From the IMG/VR virus record IMGVR_UViG_3300010412_001298: a DNA stretch of 17,623 nt; one strand, written 5' to 3'. The notes beneath the pieces are model-generated. The model saw nothing but the letters and a program-made list of their open reading frames with translations. It did not search any database and was not told where the DNA came from. The position numbers and the translations under genes were made by a program. Origin of the DNA: a virus. Shown here in pieces: positions 1 through 7,597 of the stretch (positions are counted from its first letter, which is position 1; every line of letters begins with the position of its first letter).

Positions 1-22
1 TAATATTGAAATAAAATAAAAC

Positions 23-51
23 TTGACTTTTTTAAAATTATAATATATAAT
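23..51 (+). promoter_or_regulatory. sigma70-like promoter (TTGACT-N17-TATAAT)
   Basis: TTGACT at 23-28 and TATAAT at 46-51, 17-nt spacer, upstream of the first ORFs. Confidence 0.5.
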
Positions 52-181
52 AACTTTATAACAACTAAATAATAAATAATTTGATGATCATTGTTTTTAA
101 AAAAACAAAAACAAACAAATAAATAATATAACTTAAAAGGTTTTTTTAAATGATCATTAAATATTCAAAACAAGAATTATA

Positions 182-334
182 TTGAAAATATCAATCATAC
201 AACAATTAAAACTTTTTATTTTTGGTAAAACAAGAAGACAACAAACTTGTAAACATCAACAAACAAATCATATTGGTGGTCAAGTACAATGTTGTGATTG
301 TAAATTAAAATGGTCAAAAAAAGGATATTGGTAA
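182..334 (+). CDS. possible 50-aa zinc-ribbon-like small protein with a TTG start
   Basis: Open frame TTG...TAA encoding LKISIIQQLKLFIFGKTRRQQTCKHQQTNHIGGQVQCCDCKLKWSKKGYW. It has a Cys-x2-His ... Cys-x2-Cys pattern, resembles the C-terminus of the next ORF (CSHIHYTGIGNYYQCIDCNYKW), and its stop is directly followed by the next ATG. Confidence 0.35.
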   Translation: MKISIIQQLKLFIFGKTRRQQTCKHQQTNHIGGQVQCCDCKLKWSKKGYW

Positions 335-586
335 ATGTTACAATTTGATTTAGACCAAATTCTTAAAAAATATTTAAAACAGACATATGAAGAATGTAGA
401 ACAAATATTAAACCATCAATTTCACCACGTCAATTAACAAATATTTTACATGAAATAATGGAATTAGAAAATATAGAATTGATACGTTTAAAAAATAAAA
501 AAGAATGTTCACATATACATTATACAGGAATTGGCAATTATTATCAATGTATAGATTGTAATTATAAATGGATATCAGGTAAATGA
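335..586 (+). CDS. small protein with C-terminal Cys/His zinc-ribbon-like motif
   Basis: 83-aa ORF from the track; CSHIHYTGIGNYYQCIDC motif; its end overlaps the next ORF start (583). Confidence 0.6.
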   Translation: MLQFDLDQILKKYLKQTYEECRTNIKPSISPRQLTNILHEIMELENIELIRLKNKKECSHIHYTGIGNYYQCIDCNYKWISGK

Positions 587-1146
587 TAGAAATATTATCG
601 ATAAAAATATTATTAACTAATAGTTGTGATATTGTTTATATAGAAACAACATATCCAAATCCTATTTATCCATTTGATAAAAATATGGTAATGAAATTTG
701 AATGTGCAAAAGATCATGCTATACCATTCATAGAAAAACATTTTAATGAATTTTCAGATTATGAAATCATCAACACAAGAAAAATACAAAACGTAATGAA
801 ACTTTTAAATATTTCAGATATTATTGAAGGAACAAATTGCATAAGTAAAGAACATGGTAAAAAAGTTTATGATATAATTATAAATAGTTTAAAAGAATAT
901 AATACAATACAATTATCTTTTAAAGGTATTAATGATATAACATCACATTTTTTTAATAATGCTATTGGAAATTTATTAAAATATTATACAAAAGAAGAAT
1001 TAAAAAACAGAATAAAAATTATTGATATTAATAAAAACGATTTGTTTTTATTAAAACGTGTAGTTGATAATTCATTTGAAATTTTCAATAAAAGAGAAAG
1101 CTATGAAAATAACAAAAATACAAATCAGTCAAATAGAAGATTATAA
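583..1146 (+). CDS. hypothetical protein; N-terminus similar to the two following small ORFs
   Basis: 187-aa ORF; MKFECAKDHAIPFIEKHFNEFSDYEII matches the pattern in the 1103 and 1387 ORFs. Confidence 0.65.
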   Translation: MIEILSIKILLTNSCDIVYIETTYPNPIYPFDKNMVMKFECAKDHAIPFIEKHFNEFSDYEIINTRKIQNVMKLLNISDIIEGTNCISKEHGKKVYDIIINSLKEYNTIQLSFKGINDITSHFFNNAIGNLLKYYTKEELKNRIKIIDINKNDLFLLKRVVDNSFEIFNKRESYENNKNTNQSNRRL

Positions 1147-1312
1147 TGATGTTGTTTTTCTAATAACAGATATATTAGATCCCAATTGTGAAGAACATAA
1201 TGAAATTTCTAATCAAAAAGAATATTTAGATTTAGAATTTAATTGTCCTGAAGGAACAGCTGAAGATTTTGTTGAAAAACATTGGCCAAATGTAGAAATA
1301 GTATTTATTTAA
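1103..1312 (+). CDS. hypothetical small protein, MKITKIQISQIEDYNDVVFLITD... family
   Basis: Internal ATG of the 1064 ORF preceded by AAAGAGAAAG; 69-aa product, paralogous to the 1387 ORF. Confidence 0.6.
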   Translation: MKITKIQISQIEDYNDVVFLITDILDPNCEEHNEISNQKEYLDLEFNCPEGTAEDFVEKHWPNVEIVFI

Positions 1313-1319
1313 AAAAAAG

Positions 1320-1356
1320 TTGACATTTTTATTTTTTCATGTATAATAGTATACAT
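1320..1356 (+). promoter_or_regulatory. promoter TTGACA-N16-TATAAT with ATGTATA-N4-TATACAT dyad
   Basis: TTGACA 1320-1325, TATAAT 1342-1347, dyad 1339-1356. Confidence 0.75.
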
Positions 1357-1386
1357 ACAAACAAACACACAGGAAAAAGAAAGAAA

Positions 1387-1572
1387 ATGCACATTTCAAA
1401 AATCAAAATAATAACACAAGAAGACAAAAACGATATCATTATATTAAAAATGAAATCAGATTTACCGAAAACAAAAATAAAAGATTTCAGATTCACATGG
1501 AATGAAGGAACAGGCAAAGAATTTGCCAAAAACAATTGGCCCGGTGTCAAAATCAAAATACACAAAAAATAA
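1387..1572 (+). CDS. hypothetical small protein, paralog of 1103-1312
   Basis: The track start at 1339 lies inside the promoter -10 region. The internal ATG at 1387 follows AGGAAAAAGAAAG; product MHISKIKIITQEDKNDIIILKMK...FTWNEGTGKEFAKNNWPGVKIKIHKK. Confidence 0.6.
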   Translation: MHISKIKIITQEDKNDIIILKMKSDLPKTKIKDFRFTWNEGTGKEFAKNNWPGVKIKIHKK

Positions 1573-1580
1573 AGATTAAA

Positions 1581-1933
1581 GGGGTTGACAGGTTTCGACA
1601 TTTTTTTAAAAATATCATAGCCATATCGAGCAACAGAAAATCTCGTAAATCTATCTGTAAAAAAAATTAGACGCAAACGACGCATCTTACGCTTTGGTAG
1701 CATAACCATTTTTATATAATAATTTTCTTATAGAGTATTATATAAAAAGCAAAAACAAATATAAGATCGCAAAATAATTAGTTCAAAATTATTTGTTAAA
1801 TCCAAAATGAACTCGTATTTTTTAATCGTTTTTATCAGATTATCAAATATTAAATAAAAAAGATAAAATAAATATGTAAAAAGCTATTTTATAAATGAAT
1901 TAATGGATGGGGGTTCGAGTCCCCCCAACTCCA
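1581..1933 (+). ncRNA. ssrA: tmRNA (one-piece), tag ANDASYALVA*
   Basis: 5' GGGGTTGACAGGTTTCGAC and 3' GGGGGTTCGAGTCCCCC-CAACTCC-A. Acceptor GGGGTTG/CAACTCC contains the G3:U70 alanine identity pair. PK1-like pseudoknot CGAG(1627)/CTCG(1642) with ACAGA(1633)/TCTGT(1654). Tag frame GCA AAC GAC GCA TCT TAC GCT TTG GTA GCA TAA at 1673-1705. CCA is not encoded. Confidence 0.95.
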
Positions 1934-1954
1934 AAAATACAAAATAATTCTTTA

Positions 1955-1991
1955 CTGATAAACAAAGGGCTTTGTTTATCAGTTATTTTAT
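1955..1991 (+). terminator. rho-independent-like terminator after tmRNA
   Basis: CTGATAAACAAAG-gg-CTTTGTTTATCAG followed by TTATTTTATT. Confidence 0.75.
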
Positions 1992-2004
1992 TGGAAAAAC
2001 AAAA

Positions 2005-2523
2005 ATGGAAGATATTTATTGGCAAATAAATAAAACAGAATATATTTTATATTATAAAAAACAAAAAATAGGATCAATCATAAAAAACAAACAACAATAT
2101 GAATGGACTTTTTTTTATAATAATATTTTAAAAAATGGAATAGGAATAAAAATAGATAAAATAAAGGAATATTTAGAAAAAACAATACAAAATATACAAA
2201 AAGATTTTTCAGAATATAAAAAAAATATAGAATTAATAATAAATCAATCAATTGAAGAAGAAATTATTCACTATTTAAAAGAAAAAGAAATCAGTATAGA
2301 AGAATTTTATAATCTATACAAAATACCATTAAAAATATTAAAAAAATATAATATAAGAAAAGAAACAATAAATTTCAACATAGAATATGATGAAATAAAT
2401 AAACTAATATATGAAATAACAATCAAAACAGATGATGAAACATTAATAAAAATAAATAATGAATTAGACGAAAAAACTTGTTCACAAAATATATTAATAA
2501 TATACACAAAAGAAAATAAATGA
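2005..2523 (+). CDS. hypothetical protein
   Basis: Track ORF 1972-2523. The upstream M lies in the terminator hairpin; ATG at 2005 (MEDIYWQINKTEY...) follows GGAAAAACAAAA. Confidence 0.65.
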   Translation: MEDIYWQINKTEYILYYKKQKIGSIIKNKQQYEWTFFYNNILKNGIGIKIDKIKEYLEKTIQNIQKDFSEYKKNIELIINQSIEEEIIHYLKEKEISIEEFYNLYKIPLKILKKYNIRKETINFNIEYDEINKLIYEITIKTDDETLIKINNELDEKTCSQNILIIYTKENK

Positions 2524-2891
2524 ATTCATTAGATTATTACAGTATAATAAAAGGATGGGATGTAGAATTATTTCTAACAAAAGGCATAAGATATTGTACC
2601 ATTTACAAAAAAAATACACAAACATTAAAAGATAGTTTATTAGTAGAATATACAGATGGAACAAGACGATTTGTAAATGGAATATATTTATTCACAGAAA
2701 ATTCTTTAGCAATACAATATATAGAAGAACATAGAAATCGACGAATAAATGAATTAAAATTTGCACAAATTGAATTAAATGCTAAAATAGAAAAAGTAAT
2801 AAAAGATTATTTAAACATCAAAAATGAAAAAATTGTAGGAAATAAAATACAAAAAACAACATTCAGTATAGAAACAACAAAATGGAATTAA
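2520..2891 (+). CDS. hypothetical protein
   Basis: 123-aa ORF; overlaps the upstream stop (ATGA-type coupling). Confidence 0.65.
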   Translation: MNSLDYYSIIKGWDVELFLTKGIRYCTIYKKNTQTLKDSLLVEYTDGTRRFVNGIYLFTENSLAIQYIEEHRNRRINELKFAQIELNAKIEKVIKDYLNIKNEKIVGNKIQKTTFSIETTKWN

Positions 2892-3283
2892 AAATACGAT
2901 TCAAACATATCAAATTAAAAAATCAAATATTAACAATTTGTGTAAATAAAAATTTAGAAAAAATAACATTTGGATGGTGTATAAATCCTGCTGAAAATTG
3001 GATTAGAAAAAAAGCTAATGAACAAGTCAAAATAAATTATAATGAAACACCATTAAATTTTGATATATCTAAAGATGAACCAGTAATAAGTGATTATATT
3101 AATTTAAGAATATTATTAATAATATTTTCAAAAATAATAATAAAAACAAAAAAAGATATATTTATACAACATACAATAAAAAAAATAATAGAAGAAACAA
3201 TAACATTATTAAGTTGTAGAATAATCAAATATCATTATATAGCACAAAATCCTAAAAATGATTTAAGAATATGTTCGAAATAG
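2882..3283 (+). CDS. hypothetical protein
   Basis: 133-aa ORF overlapping both neighbours; operon-like. Confidence 0.6.
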   Translation: MELKIRFKHIKLKNQILTICVNKNLEKITFGWCINPAENWIRKKANEQVKINYNETPLNFDISKDEPVISDYINLRILLIIFSKIIIKTKKDIFIQHTIKKIIEETITLLSCRIIKYHYIAQNPKNDLRICSK

Positions 3284-3978
3284 ATAACAATACACTTATA
3301 AAAACAGCATATATTTATGGAAATATAGGTGTCGCTATTTTTGAACAAAAAGATAATGAACAACAATTATTATTGGAATATGATTTAGAAACAGGAAATG
3401 AAAAACTTAGAAAAATAAATAAAATTGATTTGATGTCATTAATCAATAATGATTCAATTCAAATAAAAAATATCCTATATAAAGAATTAAAAAATAAATT
3501 AATCAAAATATCATATGCTTTTGAAGCATTGAGTTGTTTTTTGAACGGTTTAGATAATGATTTAACAAAAGAAACTCGTTTATATGCAATAGAATTATGT
3601 GAAATATTATGTAAAGAAGATGATACAATAATTGATTTTATTGAAGATCGTTTAATTGGTTATCCGTTAAATGATGATTTATGTTTTAATGATGCAATTT
3701 TAATTAGTAAAAAATCTAAAATTGTACATGAATTATATAATACTATATTTTCATTAAAAAAACTCAATAAAATATTCCATCAATCATTTAATGAAATAAT
3801 GAAAAATTTAAAATACACAGAAACACATAAAAAACGAATATTAAAAGAATTGATAGAAACAGGAATGATTGCCATATTAATAAAACAACAATCACAAATA
3901 AATTATACATTAGATATTTTTCAAATGAAAATAGTTTTTTTAATTAAAGATTTTTTAAACATATTTAAATATAAATAA
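3271..3978 (+). CDS. hypothetical protein
   Basis: 235-aa ORF overlapping the previous ORF. Confidence 0.7.
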   Translation: MFEIDNNTLIKTAYIYGNIGVAIFEQKDNEQQLLLEYDLETGNEKLRKINKIDLMSLINNDSIQIKNILYKELKNKLIKISYAFEALSCFLNGLDNDLTKETRLYAIELCEILCKEDDTIIDFIEDRLIGYPLNDDLCFNDAILISKKSKIVHELYNTIFSLKKLNKIFHQSFNEIMKNLKYTETHKKRILKELIETGMIAILIKQQSQINYTLDIFQMKIVFLIKDFLNIFKYK

Positions 3979-4029
3979 AAATATATGTAGATATGTTGAA
4001 TAAACATAGACGCATAATATTTTTTTTAT

Positions 4030-4102
4030 GCGAGTATGTTCCAAAGGTATGATAAAATGGCTTCCGACCAATTAGATAGGGGTTCGACTCCCCTTACTCG
4101 CT
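4030..4102 (+). tRNA. tRNA-Gly(TCC)-like, weak D-arm
   Basis: Acceptor GCGAGTA/TACTCGC (7 bp), discriminator T, T-arm AGGGG-TTCGACT-CCCCT, anticodon loop CTTCCGA (anticodon TCC at 4063-4065), total 73 nt. The D-stem pairs poorly and the anticodon stem AATGG/CCAAT has one A-A mismatch. CCA not encoded. Confidence 0.75.
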
Positions 4103-4124
4103 CAATATAATATAAAGGAAAAAT

Positions 4125-4178
4125 ATGGATGAAATTACAAATACAAAAGTTACAGGTGGTGAACCAGCAAAAATTTAA
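4125..4178 (+). CDS. 17-aa candidate microprotein MDEITNTKVTGGEPAKI
   Basis: ATG preceded by TATAAAGGAAAAAT (SD-like), TAA stop, followed by its own terminator hairpin. Confidence 0.35.
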   Translation: MDEITNTKVTGGEPAKI

Positions 4179-4196
4179 TTAAAATTAAATATAAAA

Positions 4197-4233
4197 AAAA
4201 ATAAGGGAATATTTATTCCCTTATTTTTTTTTA
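4197..4233 (+). terminator. rho-independent terminator
   Basis: AATAAGGGAATA-TTTA-TTCCCTTATT followed by a T tract. Confidence 0.85.
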
Positions 4234-4261
4234 TTGACATTTTTTTAAAAATATGTATAAT
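4234..4261 (+). promoter_or_regulatory. promoter TTGACA-N16-TATAAT
   Basis: TTGACA 4234-4239; TATAAT 4256-4261. Confidence 0.75.
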
Positions 4262-4270
4262 AGTATTATT

Positions 4271-4414
4271 ATGAAACAATTAATAATGGATATCAAACAA
4301 ATAATAAAAATAGATAGAAGAATCAAACAAATAATAAAAATTGGTGGTTCATTGACTATATTTTTCTTCATATTAGCTATTTTAAGTATCATTTTACGTT
4401 ATCTAACACAATGA
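4271..4414 (+). CDS. 47-aa single-TM small protein, possibly leaderless
   Basis: MKQLIMDIKQIIKIDRRIKQIIKIGGSLTIFFFILAILSIILRYLTQ*. ATG is 10 nt past the end of the -10; the stop overlaps the next ATG (ATGA). Confidence 0.5.
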   Translation: MKQLIMDIKQIIKIDRRIKQIIKIGGSLTIFFFILAILSIILRYLTQ

Positions 4415-4833
4415 AAAAAACAAAAATCAATTCAGAAATTTTTTCAACCCCATATATATTATCACGATTAAAAAGTATACACTATGAATTAGATAACATA
4501 TATGACATAAGTAAAAGAAAATATTTAAAATGTTTTTTTTCTTTATCTAATCAATCATTAGATGATATGATAAAAAAAATAAAAGAAGAAGATATAATAT
4601 CTATAGATGAAGAAAAAATAAAAATATCATATTTAACAGGACAAATCATAGAAGGATATTCTTTTTTAGGTATACAAAAAAATGAACAAATAGTACAAAG
4701 TCTTATTGAATTACCACAATCAGATTGGGAAAGATTCACTAATTCAAAAACATTTGATATACTTACAACAATCATATCAATCATCATATCAATCATGATT
4801 TTTTGTATGATATTATATATCGTAATACAATAG
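4411..4833 (+). CDS. hypothetical protein with C-terminal TM segment (tail-anchored-like)
   Basis: 140-aa ORF; C-terminus TIISIIISIMIFCMILYIVIQ. Confidence 0.65.
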   Translation: MKKTKINSEIFSTPYILSRLKSIHYELDNIYDISKRKYLKCFFSLSNQSLDDMIKKIKEEDIISIDEEKIKISYLTGQIIEGYSFLGIQKNEQIVQSLIELPQSDWERFTNSKTFDILTTIISIIISIMIFCMILYIVIQ

Positions 4834-5304
4834 GAAAGTTATGTTGGAAAAAAATACAAAAATTTTTGTCAGAGAATTTGCAGATAGTAAAATAACCAAT
4901 AATGGATATTATGGAACCATTGTAGGTATAGTAACAATAGCTAATCCAATGTCAAATGGTCTTGGTTCTTTCAGTCATAATCAATATATTGTTGAAATAA
5001 CAGATAGAAACAATTCTGATTTATTAGAAAATTATAATTTTGATTATATTGCTGTTTTTGAAAATTTTATAACAATTATACCAGAAAAACAAAATACTAA
5101 TCCGTATGGTACTATTTTAGGTATACAAAAAAATGAACAAATAGTACAAAGTCTTCAACAATCAGATTGGGAAAGATTCACTAATTCAAAAACATTTTAT
5201 ATACTTACAATCATCATATCAATCATCATATCAATAATGATTTTTTGTATGATATTATATTTATATATCGTAATACAATAGGAAAGTTATGTTGGAAAAA
5301 ATAC
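4662..5304 (+). repeat. imperfect direct duplication (4662-4857 and 5115-5304)
   Basis: ttttaggtatacaaaaaaatgaacaaatagtacaaagtctt...caatcagattgggaaagattcactaattcaaaaacatttgatat...taggaaagttatgttggaaaaaa appears twice with small indels. Confidence 0.9.
4841..5281 (+). CDS. hypothetical protein, small beta-rich domain fused to a duplicated TM tail
   Basis: 146-aa ORF. N-terminal YGTIVGIVTIANP... resembles the 5289 ORF; C-terminus is a near-copy of the 4411 ORF tail. Confidence 0.6.
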   Translation: MLEKNTKIFVREFADSKITNNGYYGTIVGIVTIANPMSNGLGSFSHNQYIVEITDRNNSDLLENYNFDYIAVFENFITIIPEKQNTNPYGTILGIQKNEQIVQSLQQSDWERFTNSKTFYILTIIISIIISIMIFCMILYLYIVIQ

Positions 5305-5492
5305 CGTATGGTACTATTGTTCATATATATGATGGATATTTAGGAAAAATAGTAGGTATAGCATCAATAGAACAACCACTTATTGGTACACAATATAACA
5401 TTGAAATTGTTGATAAAGAAAAACATCAACAATTTCAAAATTATCCATATAGATGTATTGTAATACCAGAAATATTTATACAAAAATGTTAA
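5289..5492 (+). CDS. hypothetical small protein, paralog of the N-terminal domain of the 4841 ORF
   Basis: MLEKIPYGTIVHIYDGYLGKIVGIASIEQPLIGTQYNIEIVDKE... compared with MLEKNTK...YYGTIVGIVTIANP...NQYIVEITDR; shared upstream GGAAAGTTATG. Confidence 0.6.
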   Translation: MLEKIPYGTIVHIYDGYLGKIVGIASIEQPLIGTQYNIEIVDKEKHQQFQNYPYRCIVIPEIFIQKC

Positions 5493-6394
5493 TAAAAAAA
5501 GAAAAAATAGAAAATACAATATCAGAATTTGAAAGATATAAATTCAATGATAAAATATTTACATTCACAAATAATCCAACAAATAAAAATGAATTAATAA
5601 TCGCACATAATGAAAATATAACAATATTTGATTTAGAAACAAGTGAAATCAAAAAACAAATAAAAGGTCATAATGAAATAATTTTAACCTTAATATATGA
5701 TAAAAAAGGTAAAAGATTTTTATCAGCAGGCTATGATAAAATAATAAAATTATGGTCAATAAAAAATAATGAAATTGAACTTATTCGTATATATAAAGGA
5801 CATGAAAAATTAATAAAATCTTTAGCATTTTCATCAGATAATAAATATATTTTATCAAGTAGTGCTGATAAAACTATAAAATTATGGTCAACTGAAACAG
5901 GTGAATTAATTCATACTTTTTATGGTCATATGAATTGGGTAATTTCAGCAATTTTTATTAATAATGATAAATTAATTGTTTCAGGAAGTTATGATAATAC
6001 AATAAAAATATGGGATTTTGAAACAAAAAAAATAAATTATACATTTCATGAACATACAGATAGTATAAAAACAATAGATTATAATTCAAATAATAAACTA
6101 TTAATAACAGGTAGTGCAGATAAAACATTAAAAATATGGGATATAGAACACAAAAAACATTTACAAACATATCAATTAAATGATATAGTAAATAATGTTT
6201 GTTTTGATTCATCTGGTCAATTTTTCTTAGGTGCAACTAATAAAGAATATATAAAAATATTTAATGTAAACACAAAAAAAATATATAAAACATTAATAGG
6301 CACAACCAATGAAATAGAAAAAGTAATATTCACTTCAAAAAATATAATATTAGCAAGTGATTTCAGTGGTAATTTATATAAATGGAAAATATAA
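5486..6394 (+). CDS. WD40-repeat beta-propeller protein
   Basis: Repeated GH...D..GKRFLSAGYDKIIKLW, GH...SSSADKTIKLW, GH...VSGSYDNTIKIWD, EHT...ITGSADKTLKIWD units. Likely start is ATG 5486 (MLIKKEKIENTISEF) rather than 5453. Confidence 0.9.
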   Translation: MLIKKEKIENTISEFERYKFNDKIFTFTNNPTNKNELIIAHNENITIFDLETSEIKKQIKGHNEIILTLIYDKKGKRFLSAGYDKIIKLWSIKNNEIELIRIYKGHEKLIKSLAFSSDNKYILSSSADKTIKLWSTETGELIHTFYGHMNWVISAIFINNDKLIVSGSYDNTIKIWDFETKKINYTFHEHTDSIKTIDYNSNNKLLITGSADKTLKIWDIEHKKHLQTYQLNDIVNNVCFDSSGQFFLGATNKEYIKIFNVNTKKIYKTLIGTTNEIEKVIFTSKNIILASDFSGNLYKWKI

Positions 6395-6780
6395 ATTCAA
6401 TATTATCAGATTTTGATCAACAAAATTTTCAAAAATATTCTGATTTAATTAATATATTAAATCAGAATATTTTTGAAAAGAATAGTATCAATTATAAGGA
6501 TATAATAAAACAATTAATAGAAATTGATAATAAATATGATGGTGGATTATTATGGTATTTAAGAAAATTTTATTACAATGATACATATTTTATTACACAT
6601 TTATTAATACCTTTAGAAAAAAATAAAAAAAAATATCAATGGAAATATGTAGTAATCAAAACATCTGATTATTATCAAGAAACTTTTTTTTATGGTAATG
6701 AATATATAAGAATCAAAAAAATAAATCTATTAAAAAATATAATTCTTTTAATTCTTATAATTGTTCTTATTATAATATAA
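6382..6780 (+). CDS. hypothetical protein with C-terminal TM tail
   Basis: 132-aa ORF overlapping the WD40 gene by 13 nt; ends LLKNIILLILIIVLIII. Confidence 0.6.
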   Translation: MENINSILSDFDQQNFQKYSDLINILNQNIFEKNSINYKDIIKQLIEIDNKYDGGLLWYLRKFYYNDTYFITHLLIPLEKNKKKYQWKYVVIKTSDYYQETFFYGNEYIRIKKINLLKNIILLILIIVLIII

Positions 6781-6781
6781 A

Positions 6782-7585
6782 TCAAAAAAGATAACTATTT
6801 ATTTCTTCATATATAAAATCAAATTGTTCAACTGTATAATCTGTGTAATGCATAGTATTAGGATTTTTATGAACTGTAGCACCATCTTCTAATTTTTTAT
6901 TTCTTAAAAATTTAATAACAGAAAGATCATTAATACGATTATATTCAACAGCTAATGTTTTTAAATTTATCAAATTATTAAATGTTGAAATATCAGTAAT
7001 TCTATTATGTGCTAAATTAAGATTTACCAATGTTGGTATAAAACCTAATGGTTTTGCATCTTTTATATTATTATTATTCAAAATCAATGTTCTTAATTGT
7101 TTCAAACCAGTAATATTAGAAATATCTTTAATCACATTAAAAGAAGCATCAATCAATTTCAATGTTTTTATATTACCTAAAACATCAATAGAAGAAAGAT
7201 TATTATAACTAACATCAATAGCCAAAAGTGGTACTTTTAAATTTCTTAAAAAAGTAATTGAATTGAATTTATTATTGCATAAATTCAAATAATTCAAATG
7301 TTTTAATTTATTTAATAATGGTATAATATTAATAAATGAATCTTCATTAATATTACTTTTTTTCAAATTAATACCAACTACATTATTACCATTTGATATA
7401 TAACTCATTTGTGGCATATTTGGATTTTTTACTTTATTATCAAATTTAGTTGATTTAAATATAGTAATACCTAAAGCATGATTTATTTCTTCTATTGTTT
7501 GATTATCTGATGAAAAATCAATATTTGATTTTTCAGATAATAAGGCAGTTATACTATTTTTTATTCTTTCTTTAAATAATGACAT
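6782..7585 (-). CDS. leucine-rich-repeat protein
   Basis: LKHLNYLNLCNNKFNSITFLRNLKVPLLAIDVSYNNLSSIDVLGNIKTLKLIDASFNVIKDISNITGLKQLRTLILNNNNIKD... (SDS22/internalin-like ~22-residue repeats). Confidence 0.9.
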   Translation of the reverse strand: MSLFKERIKNSITALLSEKSNIDFSSDNQTIEEINHALGITIFKSTKFDNKVKNPNMPQMSYISNGNNVVGINLKKSNINEDSFINIIPLLNKLKHLNYLNLCNNKFNSITFLRNLKVPLLAIDVSYNNLSSIDVLGNIKTLKLIDASFNVIKDISNITGLKQLRTLILNNNNIKDAKPLGFIPTLVNLNLAHNRITDISTFNNLINLKTLAVEYNRINDLSVIKFLRNKKLEDGATVHKNPNTMHYTDYTVEQFDFIYEEINSYLF

Positions 7586-7597
7586 TTTTAATTCCTA

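Noticed and set aside
1329-1709. Minus-strand ORF of 126 aa
   Set aside because: Antisense to the tmRNA, its promoter region and the 1387 CDS; low-complexity hydrophobic translation typical of AT-rich shadow ORFs.
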